Below, in pieces: positions 17,759-26,390 of a stretch of 61,860 nt of DNA. The stretch is taken from assembly GCA_964462505.1 (NCBI GenBank), contig CAYWXE010000001.1, positions 1 through 61,860 on the forward strand. Direction: 5' to 3'. Made by a program: the position numbers and the translations under genes. The notes beneath the pieces were generated by a model. That model did not search any database and was not told where the DNA came from. It worked only from the letters and a program-made list of their open reading frames with translations. Each line of letters opens with the position of its first letter. Within the stretch, counting starts at the first letter, position 1. The DNA is from an uncultured archaeon. GTDB taxonomy: Archaea > Halobacteriota > Archaeoglobi > Archaeoglobales > Archaeoglobaceae.

Positions 17759-18679
17759 CTACACAATTTTTATAGATTTAAGTCCAGAAAATATCAATAT
17801 AAGTGTTATTATCCTTGACCAAGATAAAGGGTAGTCGCCGTATCTTATCAAGATGTCTTTATTTAGACTCTCTATTAAAGATATGGATGCGAATAAACCA
17901 TCTGCTGTTATCTCACTTGGATTCCCAGCAAACAACAGTAGAGCAGATTTAGCAGTTTTTAAATCTCCATTAACGCTCAAGTTGTTTAAAGCATCCACTG
18001 TTAGATCAACCATTCTCTTAGTTCTTATCGCTTTAAGCTCACCTCTACTGAAAATCCTTGAGAGAAGTGATACTCTCCTCTTAGAGTAACCTATTACAGA
18101 AAAACCGTTAAACTTTAAGGCATTGAATATGTCGGAAGTGTCAACGACGACTTCTCCAATAACCTTCTTTTTTAGATCAATTTCACCGGCAAGTGTTAAA
18201 AGGTTTAAGATTTCGAGAATCCTTCTATCTATACCGCTCTTCTCCTCAAATAGAATTAAAACATCTGAATTCCTCTCTAAATCTCTTATCTTACCCTTAA
18301 GCTCCACTATTTCATCTGCAACACTTGGTAAAAGTGCTAAAACAACTACATCCTCCTCAGCCGTCTTCTTTAACTTCTTACAGATTTCAAGTGATGCTTC
18401 ATAGCTGAATTCATCGCCTATATTCGTTATAACTAGTACGCCTTCAAAAATCTCGTATACGTCTAAAACCTTATTTAAGACGCCATCAACACCACTCTCG
18501 ACGTTGTGAATGAAGAACTTTCTATTCTTATCGAGTGTGAGATTTCTGAAGTTGTTCAAGTCGTTTAAAACTGCGAAACACTTCAACAGTGGGACTCTGT
18601 TTACTCTAACACAACCCCTTGCAAGGACTTCTACGAGTTTTGCACACCTGTTACCAACACCGATCGTTAGCAGTCTCAT
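17759..18679 (-). CDS. Divergent FtsZ/tubulin-fold protein with degenerate GTP-binding motifs.
   Basis: Collinear by eye with archaeal FtsZ over its whole 306 aa (T1, T4, T7 and C-terminal domain positions). However, GGGTGTG is replaced by NIGDEFSY and GGAGNN by GVGNRCA. Confidence 0.5.
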   Translation of the reverse strand: MRLLTIGVGNRCAKLVEVLARGCVRVNRVPLLKCFAVLNDLNNFRNLTLDKNRKFFIHNVESGVDGVLNKVLDVYEIFEGVLVITNIGDEFSYEASLEICKKLKKTAEEDVVVLALLPSVADEIVELKGKIRDLERNSDVLILFEEKSGIDRRILEILNLLTLAGEIDLKKKVIGEVVVDTSDIFNALKFNGFSVIGYSKRRVSLLSRIFSRGELKAIRTKRMVDLTVDALNNLSVNGDLKTAKSALLLFAGNPSEITADGLFASISLIESLNKDILIRYGDYPLSWSRIITLILIFSGLKSIKIV

Positions 18680-18729
18680 TTTTCAAAATCTCAAGTTAAA
18701 GGTTAAAAAGTTTTTACAGAATTTTTGTT

Positions 18730-19770
18730 ATGGATGTAGTATTTACTACTCCGTATTACCCCCCTCACACCGGTGGAGTGGAGTTTCACGTTCAGAACTT
18801 GGCTAAGAGAATTGCAAAGAGGCATAAGGTCAGAGTTATCTCATCAACTGGAATTGATAGTGAAGTAGAGGTTTTGAAGGTTAAATGCATAGAAATCCCG
18901 TATTCACCAATCCCAATCGAGTTTCCAGATTTAGATGCAGACGTCTATCATTCCCATATACCATCACCGTTCTTTGCTAGAGAGATCGCTAAGAGAAATA
19001 AAAGACCACACGTAGTCACTTATCACAACGACATAGAGATTCCAAATAGATTTAACGGAATTAGGATTCCGTTTAGGAATTCAATCGAATTCATAGGCAA
19101 AAAGATTACAAGAGAGATTTTAGAGAATTCAGATCTAATAATAGCAACCACTTACAGTTATGCGAATACATCTGAAATACTTTCAGATTTCGATTATGTA
19201 GTAATTCCAAATGGGATAGATCTGAAATCCTTTAAGCCCGGGATTCCAGCTGGAGATAGAGAAAGAATCGTACTCTACATAGGAAGGATTTCTGAGTATA
19301 AAGGGTTAAATTTGCTGATAGATGCCATGGATGGCATAGATGCGAAGCTAATTGTAATAGGGGACGGTGAGGATAGAAAGAGGTTTCAAAGACTTGCAGA
19401 GAAAAAATGTATTGAAGCTGAATTCTTGGGAAGGGTAAGTGAAGGAGAAAAGATCAAGTGGCTTAGAAAGGCGAGAGTCCTAGTTTTACCTTCTAGGAGT
19501 AGGTTAGAGGCTTTTGGAATTGTTTTGTTAGAAGCTATGGCTTGTTCAACTCCAGTAATAGCTTCGAATACTCCAGGGGTTAAAGAGATAGCGTTAAAAG
19601 GTGGATTCGTGTTTAGGGATCGTGATGAGTTAAGAGATTTACTACTTAGAATTCTTGAAAGCGATAACCTCGCAACGAGATTGGGAAGGAAGGGCAGATG
19701 TGCTGTTAAAATTTACGATTGGGATAGAATTGCTGAAAAAATAGAGAAACTCTACTATCAACTCACGTAA
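18730..19770 (+). CDS. GT4-family (GT-B fold) glycosyltransferase.
   Basis: N-terminal PPHTGGVEFHVQNLA and the C-terminal E(x7)E region VLPSRSRLEAFGIVLLEAMACSTPVIAS. 346 aa. Confidence 0.8.
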   Translation: MDVVFTTPYYPPHTGGVEFHVQNLAKRIAKRHKVRVISSTGIDSEVEVLKVKCIEIPYSPIPIEFPDLDADVYHSHIPSPFFAREIAKRNKRPHVVTYHNDIEIPNRFNGIRIPFRNSIEFIGKKITREILENSDLIIATTYSYANTSEILSDFDYVVIPNGIDLKSFKPGIPAGDRERIVLYIGRISEYKGLNLLIDAMDGIDAKLIVIGDGEDRKRFQRLAEKKCIEAEFLGRVSEGEKIKWLRKARVLVLPSRSRLEAFGIVLLEAMACSTPVIASNTPGVKEIALKGGFVFRDRDELRDLLLRILESDNLATRLGRKGRCAVKIYDWDRIAEKIEKLYYQLT

Positions 19771-20039
19771 TCGTCATCTTCAACTCCAAAGCTCATATCT
19801 AACAACATCTTTGAGGCTAAGCCTAATAAAACCCTATCGTCCCCGATTATCTCTTTTATAAGCATAAGCGATGCCGCTTCTCTCAACTCGTTACTCTTTA
19901 TCTCCTCTAACAACTTAACGAGCTTTGTTGCAAGTTTGTATATCTCGGCAAGCTTGAACTCGTCGTCTTCATCAATCTCTTCATCATCATCAAATATCAC
20001 GTAATCGAATTCATCCATAGTTAACAGTTCATCGAGCAC
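19758..20039 (-). CDS. Hypothetical, highly acidic small protein.
   Basis: 93 aa with Asp/Glu runs at both ends (FDDDEEIDEDDE, VEDDDYVS). No family recognised. Confidence 0.35.
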   Translation of the reverse strand: MLDELLTMDEFDYVIFDDDEEIDEDDEFKLAEIYKLATKLVKLLEEIKSNELREAASLMLIKEIIGDDRVLLGLASKMLLDMSFGVEDDDYVS

Positions 20040-20060
20040 AGCTTTTTAAACTTTGTGATG

Positions 20061-21311
20061 TCATCTAAAGACGTGTCTTTTTTTAACACTCATCCTTATT
20101 AATGGCTTTGAAAGATGTCTCCTTGCACATGGTGGAACCTCGTAAAATCCAGTGTCGAGTTTTCTCTCTATTTTTCTTTTGATCTTCTCAAAAGCTCTCG
20201 TTTTGCACCTCTTACATCTAAATCCCTTGTTTCTTCCAGCTGAGTCCATTCTCTTTCCACATTTTGGACAGATTGGATTTTCCTCGATGTAAATATCTGC
20301 TAATTCGATTACGTTTATTTTTTCGAGATTTATCGTTCGCTTTTTCATTGAACCGTAAACCTCAACTAAATCTCCTTTTTTAAGCATTCTAATAATACTT
20401 CTGAACTGCTTAGTCGGTTCAAATGCAGCACATTTTATATCACCGAATTTCGTCCTTATCTTGAAAAATACGTGCCCACCCTCTATGTCGTAGGGCTCTT
20501 CAATTACAATACCTTTGAGTTTGTAGGAGCGGTAATCCCTAAGCTCATTGACTTCCTCTTCGCTTAATATGTGCATATCGGTAGCCTGATTAGTTATAAA
20601 AATTTTATATTTATCTATTGGTTCTGTTTTTAGCATCTTAAAAGCCTTGTATATATATTTTATGCTATCCCCTCTAATTCCGAATAAGACTGGACATGGG
20701 GAATTCGGAACTGCTACAACTCTCTCGTTACACCAATCTACTGTATCAAATGTGTTTGGATACGTTTCGTAATCTGCATCGAAAAAGCTCTCCTCATCGT
20801 ATTCTCTTGGCTTTCCGAATTTGTCTGGGTGACGATATGCTAAGAGCTCATAGGTGTAATCTTTTAGTTCTGCACCAACAGATGCCAAAGCCCCTATTAT
20901 TCCTCTACCCTTTTTGTATTTTAGATACTCTATCGAATACTTCTCGATGAGATGTAAAGCCTCATCTAAGGTTACTACATCTGTTATAGCTTTATATGCA
21001 AAATTTTTTAACCTCTCAACTACTTCATCCTCAATGAACACTGCACCTGGATTTGTATTCTCGTCTTTTAGCATTGCATAACTAGTAATCTTTTCATCTA
21101 CTATTCCAACTATTTCATCGATGTCATCTGTATCAACTAAAAAGCTAACAGCTCCGTTTCCTCTTGTCTTGTATGGGATTGTTGGATTAAGCCTTATTAA
21201 GCGTGGGAATCCTATTACATCATCTCCCAATTCTTCGATTATAAGCGTAGCTAAATAAGTTGTGCACATTCCATCTTTACTATCTGTATCGTCTATACCA
21301 ATCCAGATCAT
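20061..21311 (-). CDS. tiaS: tRNA(Ile2) 2-agmatinylcytidine synthetase TiaS.
   Basis: WIGIDDTDS..GMCTTYLA ... FPRLIRLNPTIPYKTRGNGAVSF, plus a C-terminal OB domain and CPKCG...CKRC zinc ribbon. 416 aa. Confidence 0.9.
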   Translation of the reverse strand: MIWIGIDDTDSKDGMCTTYLATLIIEELGDDVIGFPRLIRLNPTIPYKTRGNGAVSFLVDTDDIDEIVGIVDEKITSYAMLKDENTNPGAVFIEDEVVERLKNFAYKAITDVVTLDEALHLIEKYSIEYLKYKKGRGIIGALASVGAELKDYTYELLAYRHPDKFGKPREYDEESFFDADYETYPNTFDTVDWCNERVVAVPNSPCPVLFGIRGDSIKYIYKAFKMLKTEPIDKYKIFITNQATDMHILSEEEVNELRDYRSYKLKGIVIEEPYDIEGGHVFFKIRTKFGDIKCAAFEPTKQFRSIIRMLKKGDLVEVYGSMKKRTINLEKINVIELADIYIEENPICPKCGKRMDSAGRNKGFRCKRCKTRAFEKIKRKIERKLDTGFYEVPPCARRHLSKPLIRMSVKKRHVFR

Positions 21312-21868
21312 TTTTTAGCGGCAATATAGTCTGATTTCGTCCTCTCTATCGAAGCCCTTGCCACATCTAACTTATGCCTCAAACCTGGAACGATTTTATC
21401 TGGAAAACCTCCGAAGGATATTAACTCAAAGTATATCTTCTCCATTAGATTTATAAACCTCTCAGCAGTATTGAAATCACCCTTCATAAGCTTGTCTAGG
21501 GCGTATCTTCTAAGTTCTCCGATTAAATCTGCCAATCCAGTCACTATTGCCGAAGGTTCTGCCTTTAACTCGCTGAAGTCGAATTTGAATTCGTTTTTTA
21601 TAGCTTTAGCAAAGAAGTAAGCTTCAACGAGTTCTTGCATAGAATCGTGTGTTATAGCGTAGTATATCTCGGGAAACTTATCCTTATACTTATAAACTTC
21701 ATCCATAATTTCTAAGGCTTTATTTAAAAACTCTTCATAGTTTTTTCCGGCATGAATTGAAGCAATAGCCTTAGTTGCATTAATTCTCATATCCCTAACG
21801 AGTTTTAACAAATCTTCTCTTGCTTTTTCAAGTTCTTCAAGCTTTTTTCTACAATCCTCTAGGTTCAT
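21308..21868 (-). CDS. Translin-family (COG2178) predicted nucleic-acid-binding protein.
   Basis: All-helical with GLADLIGELRR and a C-terminal LRHKLDVAR pattern. The start was moved to MNLEDC. ATGA overlap with tiaS. Confidence 0.6.
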   Translation of the reverse strand: MNLEDCRKKLEELEKAREDLLKLVRDMRINATKAIASIHAGKNYEEFLNKALEIMDEVYKYKDKFPEIYYAITHDSMQELVEAYFFAKAIKNEFKFDFSELKAEPSAIVTGLADLIGELRRYALDKLMKGDFNTAERFINLMEKIYFELISFGGFPDKIVPGLRHKLDVARASIERTKSDYIAAKK

Positions 21869-22061
21869 AGATTCTGAGCTAAAATGTCTTATTAAAACGA
21901 TTTCGATGATTTTTATGTTGTAGATAGCATAACACACTTTTCCTTTATTCCTAATCCTCATATTCATAGCTATTTATTATACTACATATATAAAATTCTG
22001 GTATTAATCAGATGTAATTGTTATCGTGGATGATTAAAGGCCAAGTTAAACATTGTTTACA

Positions 22062-22144
22062 TGCGGGGGGTGGGATTCGAACCCACGAACCCCTACGGGA
22101 CCGGACCCTAAATCCGGCGCCTTTGTCCGCTCGGCAACCCCCGC
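22062..22144 (-). tRNA. tRNA-Leu (anticodon UAG).
   Basis: Minus strand GCGGGGGUUGCCGAGCGG...CCGGAUUUAGGGUCCGG, with a long variable arm, T-arm GUGGG-UUCGAAU-CCCAC and acceptor CCCCCGC-A. Confidence 0.9.
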
Positions 22145-22161
22145 TCAAAAATCATTATCAC

Positions 22162-23316
22162 TCAATGCTTATCAAACTTTTGGTGTAGTAATTTCCTCTC
22201 CCAATCGCTTAAAGATGGACAAATCGTACAACCCAATCTGTAAAAACCCTCATAGTATAGGGGATGGAGTTTTAAGCCGTTCATATGTATGTAGAGCTGT
22301 ACCATTCCTCCACTCCAATACTTTATTGGAAAAACCTTATTCTCATAAACCTCTGGTCTTAGTCTTCTAATCCTGCTTTCAGCATCTCTATCACCGACTA
22401 CAAGTAAACCATTATACTTTTCAATAGCAGAAACCTTTAAGGCCGTACACCACCTGTTTTCATGAGTTGGTAAACCATATCTTTCCAAATCGAAGTGTAC
22501 CCTCTCCTCTAAAACCTCAACTCCCAACTTCCCTTCAAGGTATTTGATGTATTCATCTGTATATGGCATTTCGTAATTTGTCTTGACGTAAATAGCCTTA
22601 ACATCTTTAAAAGCCTTCTTTGCAAGTATAAGCGTTGCTGTACTATCCTTCCCTCCACTTACAGGAACGTAGACATCATCCGAGCTAAACCTCTTGAGAA
22701 AGTTCAAACTTATCTCTTCAAATCTATTCAAAAAATCTCTGTTCTTCTCAACTGTTTTATTCAAATCCAATCTCCTTCCGACTCCAATAGGTTTAGCTTT
22801 TAAATCCTCCCCAATCCTCTTATAGATTATTCCTACTAAATTTGGGGAGTAGTAGTGCTCTTCTCCATAAAGCTTCCTCAAAATAAGTGAACCCTCATAG
22901 GCTTTAATTCCGATGAGTTCAAGGTTTTTCTCAAATCCTTTACCGATTAGGAAATAGCAGTCGTAGTCTGGATGAATCTCCATCCCAAACTCGTTTTTTG
23001 GTGAAAAAACGAAGACAGAGTCGAATTTGAATCCCAATCTTATCTTAGCCTTAGCGATCTCAAAAGCCTCTCTTATCTCTTCAAGTCTTGCATTCCTAAC
23101 CCTACTCTTGTTTACAAATACAACCGAGTAAAGATTTGAATTCAAGTAATCCTTTAACTTCATAGCTATTTTTAAATCTTCTCTTCCAAAGATAAAAACG
23201 GGAATTTTATCAAAACTAATACGCTCAAAGTCTTCACCAATGTTTACAGCTTCAACTCCCAATGCATGCCTTACAGCTTTTGCATCCCTTCTACCCCTTA
23301 CGTAAACTCTTATCAT
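22162..23316 (-). CDS. PAPS-reductase-family PP-loop protein with an uncharacterised ~190-aa N-terminal domain.
   Basis: PP-loop VPVSGGKDSTATL and the C-terminal Cys pair LGCTICP. 384 aa. Confidence 0.7.
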   Translation of the reverse strand: MIRVYVRGRRDAKAVRHALGVEAVNIGEDFERISFDKIPVFIFGREDLKIAMKLKDYLNSNLYSVVFVNKSRVRNARLEEIREAFEIAKAKIRLGFKFDSVFVFSPKNEFGMEIHPDYDCYFLIGKGFEKNLELIGIKAYEGSLILRKLYGEEHYYSPNLVGIIYKRIGEDLKAKPIGVGRRLDLNKTVEKNRDFLNRFEEISLNFLKRFSSDDVYVPVSGGKDSTATLILAKKAFKDVKAIYVKTNYEMPYTDEYIKYLEGKLGVEVLEERVHFDLERYGLPTHENRWCTALKVSAIEKYNGLLVVGDRDAESRIRRLRPEVYENKVFPIKYWSGGMVQLYIHMNGLKLHPLYYEGFYRLGCTICPSLSDWERKLLHQKFDKH

Positions 23317-23615
23317 GCATGCTGTAGAATTAAGAAGAAGATAGAGACCAGCATTAATACTATTGCAAGTATCAACGCTAGGACTGCAATTCTCGCTTCA
23401 CCGAATACTATTGGGATCGGCCCTATTATCAATACGCCTCCTCCCTTAACACTCTTCTCTGGTTTTTCCCTCTCATAGTATCTTTCATTTTCATAGTATC
23501 TCTCTAGATCTCTGTCGTATTCGTATAGCTTTTCCTCAGGCTTTTCTCTTAGCCCAGAAATTATGAGATATATTCCGAGTGCAATTAGAACCGCTGCCAG
23601 AATCTCTGTTATCAT
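23313..23615 (-). CDS. Small two-TM membrane protein, paralogue B (DUF131-like).
   Basis: 100 aa counted from MITEIL. Shares the IIGPIPIVFG motif with the upstream gene and carries a charged ERYYENERYYERE insert. ATGA junctions on both sides. Confidence 0.5.
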   Translation of the reverse strand: MITEILAAVLIALGIYLIISGLREKPEEKLYEYDRDLERYYENERYYEREKPEKSVKGGGVLIIGPIPIVFGEARIAVLALILAIVLMLVSIFFLILQHA

Positions 23616-23821
23616 GGTCTCACCATCAGCAGAGCTGTTAGCATTAATACTACAGCTATTAAAATTCCGATTAAAGCCATTTCTGGAGATGACGCAAACA
23701 CTATTGGAATGGGCCCTATTATAAACACCGAACCGTATTGAACACTTGCACTTTTGATTAGCAGGAGTGCGAGTCCAAGCATTAGTATTACGAACCCCGC
23801 GAATACCTTGATCGGATTCAT
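23612..23821 (-). CDS. Small two-TM membrane protein, paralogue A (DUF131-like).
   Basis: 69 aa with the FIIGPIPIVFA motif between two hydrophobic helices. Confidence 0.5.
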   Translation of the reverse strand: MNPIKVFAGFVILMLGLALLLIKSASVQYGSVFIIGPIPIVFASSPEMALIGILIAVVLMLTALLMVRP

Positions 23822-23893
23822 ATATCAACCTCGTATACTTCGGTGAAAAACGTTTCGAAAGCTTTATCGGATAAAGCTTTCCAACGATTTTCA

Positions 23894-24484
23894 ATGGAAA
23901 CACTTGAACAAATCGAAAGGGAAATATTGAACTGTAAGAAGTGCGAGTTGTACAAAACTAAGACGAAGTACGTTCCGGGTGAAGGAAATCCGAATGCTAA
24001 AATAGTATTAATTGGAGAAGCTCCCGGGAGAGAGGAGGATTTGCAAGGTAAACCGTTTGTAGGGAATGCTGGGAAATTACTAACAGAGCTCCTTTCGAGC
24101 GTTGGATTAAAGCGGGAGGATGTATTCATTTGTAACGTCTTGAAGTGTAGACCTCCAAACAACAGAGATCCAACACTGGAGGAAATTAAAGCCTGTGGAG
24201 GTTACTTGATAAGGCAGTTAAACGTTATAAAGCCTGAAGTAATAGTCTGTCTTGGTAGATTTGCCGCAAAATTTGTTTTTGAGTATTTTGGATTGCAGTT
24301 TGAGTCTATTTCGAAGGTTAAGGGCAAGATTTTTGAAGTCGAAAGATGGGGAAAGAAGATCAAAGTTGTGCCACTCTACCATCCAGCAGCAGTTCTCTAT
24401 AGACCAAATCTAAGAGAAGAATACGAAAGAGATTTTAAGAGAGTTTTCGCTAAAAGACAACCAACTCTGCTCGACTTCATATGA
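23894..24484 (+). CDS. udg: Family 4 (Fe-S) uracil-DNA glycosylase.
   Basis: CKKCELYKT...VPGEGNPNAKIVLIGEAPGREED and the FICNVLKCRPP..R motifs. The start was set at METLEQ. Confidence 0.85.
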   Translation: METLEQIEREILNCKKCELYKTKTKYVPGEGNPNAKIVLIGEAPGREEDLQGKPFVGNAGKLLTELLSSVGLKREDVFICNVLKCRPPNNRDPTLEEIKACGGYLIRQLNVIKPEVIVCLGRFAAKFVFEYFGLQFESISKVKGKIFEVERWGKKIKVVPLYHPAAVLYRPNLREEYERDFKRVFAKRQPTLLDFI

Positions 24485-25350
24485 TAGAGGTTTTAAAGGC
24501 GTTTGAATCCACTGTTTTTTTCCTAGCAAAAACTATTCCAATAATTGCGATTGCAATGTTTTTATCTTCTCAATTCATCAAAAGAGGTATAGTTGATTAC
24601 ATTACAGATATCTTTTCAAAATCAAATTTGAACGGAATTGCAATTGCAACTGTGTCTACATGCTTCTTCAGCCCAATGGCTGCTTACTCCATGCTCTCCC
24701 AAGCGTGGAAAGAGAAGAGAGTTGAAGATAGTGAAGTCATAGCGATATCATTTCTAAGCTCTTTTCCAAGTGTTTTCAGCCATCTATACTCTTTTTTCAT
24801 ACCCTTTGTAATTCCACTACTTGGATTTGCTGGAGTTGTCTACACCCTAACTAGATTTTGTATAGCATTCGTTAAATCTGCAATTGGCTATTTGCTCGTT
24901 GCAAGAGGAGAATCAAAGGCTAAAACCATTAGAGTTGACATCGAATACCCAGTTCTCAGGAATTTAAGTAGGGTTATACCCACAATAGCTATTACATACT
25001 TCATCGCATCAATCCTAAACAATTACGGAATATTCGATGCAATCTGTGATTTCATGTACTTCCTTCCGTTAAATCCAAATGCAATTGGAATTGCAGTTGT
25101 AGAGACTTTTAACATCAGAGTTGCAGTTGTGTTAGCGGCAAATCTAATGGATAAAGGTTTAAGTTGGAAATGGGTTATAATAGGGTTAATACTTGGAAAC
25201 GTTGTGAGTTTTTCTGCAAGATCTGTGAGACATTCCTTGCCTATGCATTTGGCTTTGTTCGGAAGGCTTGGAGTGAAGGTAGTTATACTGAATTCAATCG
25301 TTACACTTCTCCTCGATGTTATATTTATAATAATATTTTTAATTTTATAA
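24481..25350 (+). CDS. Polytopic membrane protein, possibly of the nucleoside-recognition (Gate) domain type.
   Basis: 289 aa with ~8 hydrophobic segments. The family assignment is tentative. It lies directly upstream of the feo genes. Confidence 0.4.
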   Translation: MIEVLKAFESTVFFLAKTIPIIAIAMFLSSQFIKRGIVDYITDIFSKSNLNGIAIATVSTCFFSPMAAYSMLSQAWKEKRVEDSEVIAISFLSSFPSVFSHLYSFFIPFVIPLLGFAGVVYTLTRFCIAFVKSAIGYLLVARGESKAKTIRVDIEYPVLRNLSRVIPTIAITYFIASILNNYGIFDAICDFMYFLPLNPNAIGIAVVETFNIRVAVVLAANLMDKGLSWKWVIIGLILGNVVSFSARSVRHSLPMHLALFGRLGVKVVILNSIVTLLLDVIFIIIFLIL

Positions 25351-25367
25351 TTCATAATCGAATTATA

Positions 25368-25385
25368 CTAACCTAATAAAGTTAG
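25368..25385. promoter_or_regulatory. Inverted repeat CTAAC-N8-GTTAG containing the DtxR/IdeR-like half-site TAACCTAA.
   Basis: Seen 45-60 nt upstream of the feoA start (25430). TAACCTAA at 25369-25376 matches the right half of the DtxR consensus TTAGGTTAGCCTAACCTAA. Confidence 0.3.
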
Positions 25386-25429
25386 AAAAACCGAAAAATT
25401 TTAATGTTTTTAGGCAACTCTAAAACAGA

Positions 25430-25648
25430 ATGAAAACACTTGCAGAAACCAGAGATGGCGAAGAGTGCATTGTTGTAGGTGTTGTAGGTGGAAGGGGTGC
25501 GATAAGAAATCTTGTAGAGCTTGGAATATATCCGGGAAAGAGGATTCGAGTCATAAGAAATAGGGGAGCTGTAATGGTTTCAGTGGATGGAACTTATTTC
25601 GTCATAGGCAGGGGACTTGCAATGAAGGTGGTAGTGAATGGTAAGTAG
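25430..25648 (+). CDS. feoA: FeoA-family protein.
   Basis: 72 aa, SH3-like: L.E...GEE..VV.V.GG....R.L.ELGI.PG..I.V. Confidence 0.8.
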   Translation: MKTLAETRDGEECIVVGVVGGRGAIRNLVELGIYPGKRIRVIRNRGAVMVSVDGTYFVIGRGLAMKVVVNGK

Positions 25649-26087
25649 ATACGAAGACTACTTGAAGGTAATATATGAACTCAGCAGAGATAAAGGTTAT
25701 GCGAGGGTAAAGGAGATTGCAAACGCTTTGAAGGTTAAGCCACCAAGCGTTACCGAGATGCTAAAAAAATTAGCTTCTGAGGGGTTAGTTCACTACGAGA
25801 AGAGGTTGTTTGTGAGGTTGACTGAGAAGGGTGAAAAGGAGGCTTTGAAGGTAATAGAGAGACACGAAACACTCGTAAAGTTCTTAGTAACGATTGGAGT
25901 TCCAGAGGAGATTGCGAGGAGAGATGCATGTGTAATTGAGCACTCCCTTCATCCGTATACAGTAAAACAGCTCAAAAACTTCGTGAGATTCGTGGAGTTC
26001 TCTCCAAGAAAAGAGCCGAGATGGCTTTTGCATTTCAAGGAGTTTTGTGAAAAGGGTTCGCATCCCTGCAGGTTTGAGAATAGTTAG
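25638..26087 (+). CDS. DtxR/MntR-family metal-dependent transcriptional repressor.
   Basis: EDYLKVIYEL ... ARVKEIANALKVKPPSVTEMLKKLASEGLV ... RHETLVKFL. 149 aa. Confidence 0.85.
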   Translation: MVSRYEDYLKVIYELSRDKGYARVKEIANALKVKPPSVTEMLKKLASEGLVHYEKRLFVRLTEKGEKEALKVIERHETLVKFLVTIGVPEEIARRDACVIEHSLHPYTVKQLKNFVRFVEFSPRKEPRWLLHFKEFCEKGSHPCRFENS

Positions 26088-26089
26088 AG

Positions 26090-26097
26090 TTAGGTTA
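26090..26097. promoter_or_regulatory. DtxR/IdeR-like half-site TTAGGTTA overlapping a TATA-like box upstream of feoA2-feoB.
   Basis: TTAGGTTATAAAAAA. It is the exact reverse complement of the half-site at 25369-25376. Confidence 0.3.
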
Positions 26098-26162
26098 TAA
26101 AAAATTTATCTAATTTTGTTAGGATAAATTATTTATGTAGCTAAATCGTCATGGTATAGTAC

Positions 26163-26390
26163 ATGAGATTGAGTGAACTAAAGCCGAACACTAAGGCGAT
26201 TGTAATAGATCTGCTTGGAGATTCGAATCTCAAGAAGAAACTCCTGAGCATGGGAATTACAATAGGGGTTGAAGTAAAAGTGATCAGAAACGCTCCACTA
26301 AGAGATCCAATTGAAATCGAAGTTCGTGGTTATAACCTCTCTATTCGTAGAGCTGAAGCTGAAAACGTAGTTGTAGAGGTGAGAGGTTGA
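26163..26390 (+). CDS. feoA: FeoA-family protein.
   Basis: 75 aa: LSELKPNTKAIVIDL.GD..LKKKLLSMGITIGVEVKVIRNAPLRDPIEIEV. Confidence 0.8.
   Translation: MRLSELKPNTKAIVIDLLGDSNLKKKLLSMGITIGVEVKVIRNAPLRDPIEIEVRGYNLSIRRAEAENVVVEVRG

Noticed and set aside
22053-22370. A 105-aa plus-strand ORF.
   Set aside because: Its 5' part is the antisense of tRNA-Leu(UAG) (22062-22144). The rest is antisense to the PAPS-reductase-like gene. The composition is not protein-like.
23313-23903. A 196-aa minus-strand ORF in the track, and the 114-aa ORF at 23818-24162.
   Set aside because: The first 96 codons of the 196-aa ORF overlap, out of frame, a better small membrane gene (23612-23821). They read as low-complexity R/N/S-rich sequence. 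Only the part from MITEIL (23615) was kept. ORF 23818-24162 is antisense to the UDG gene.
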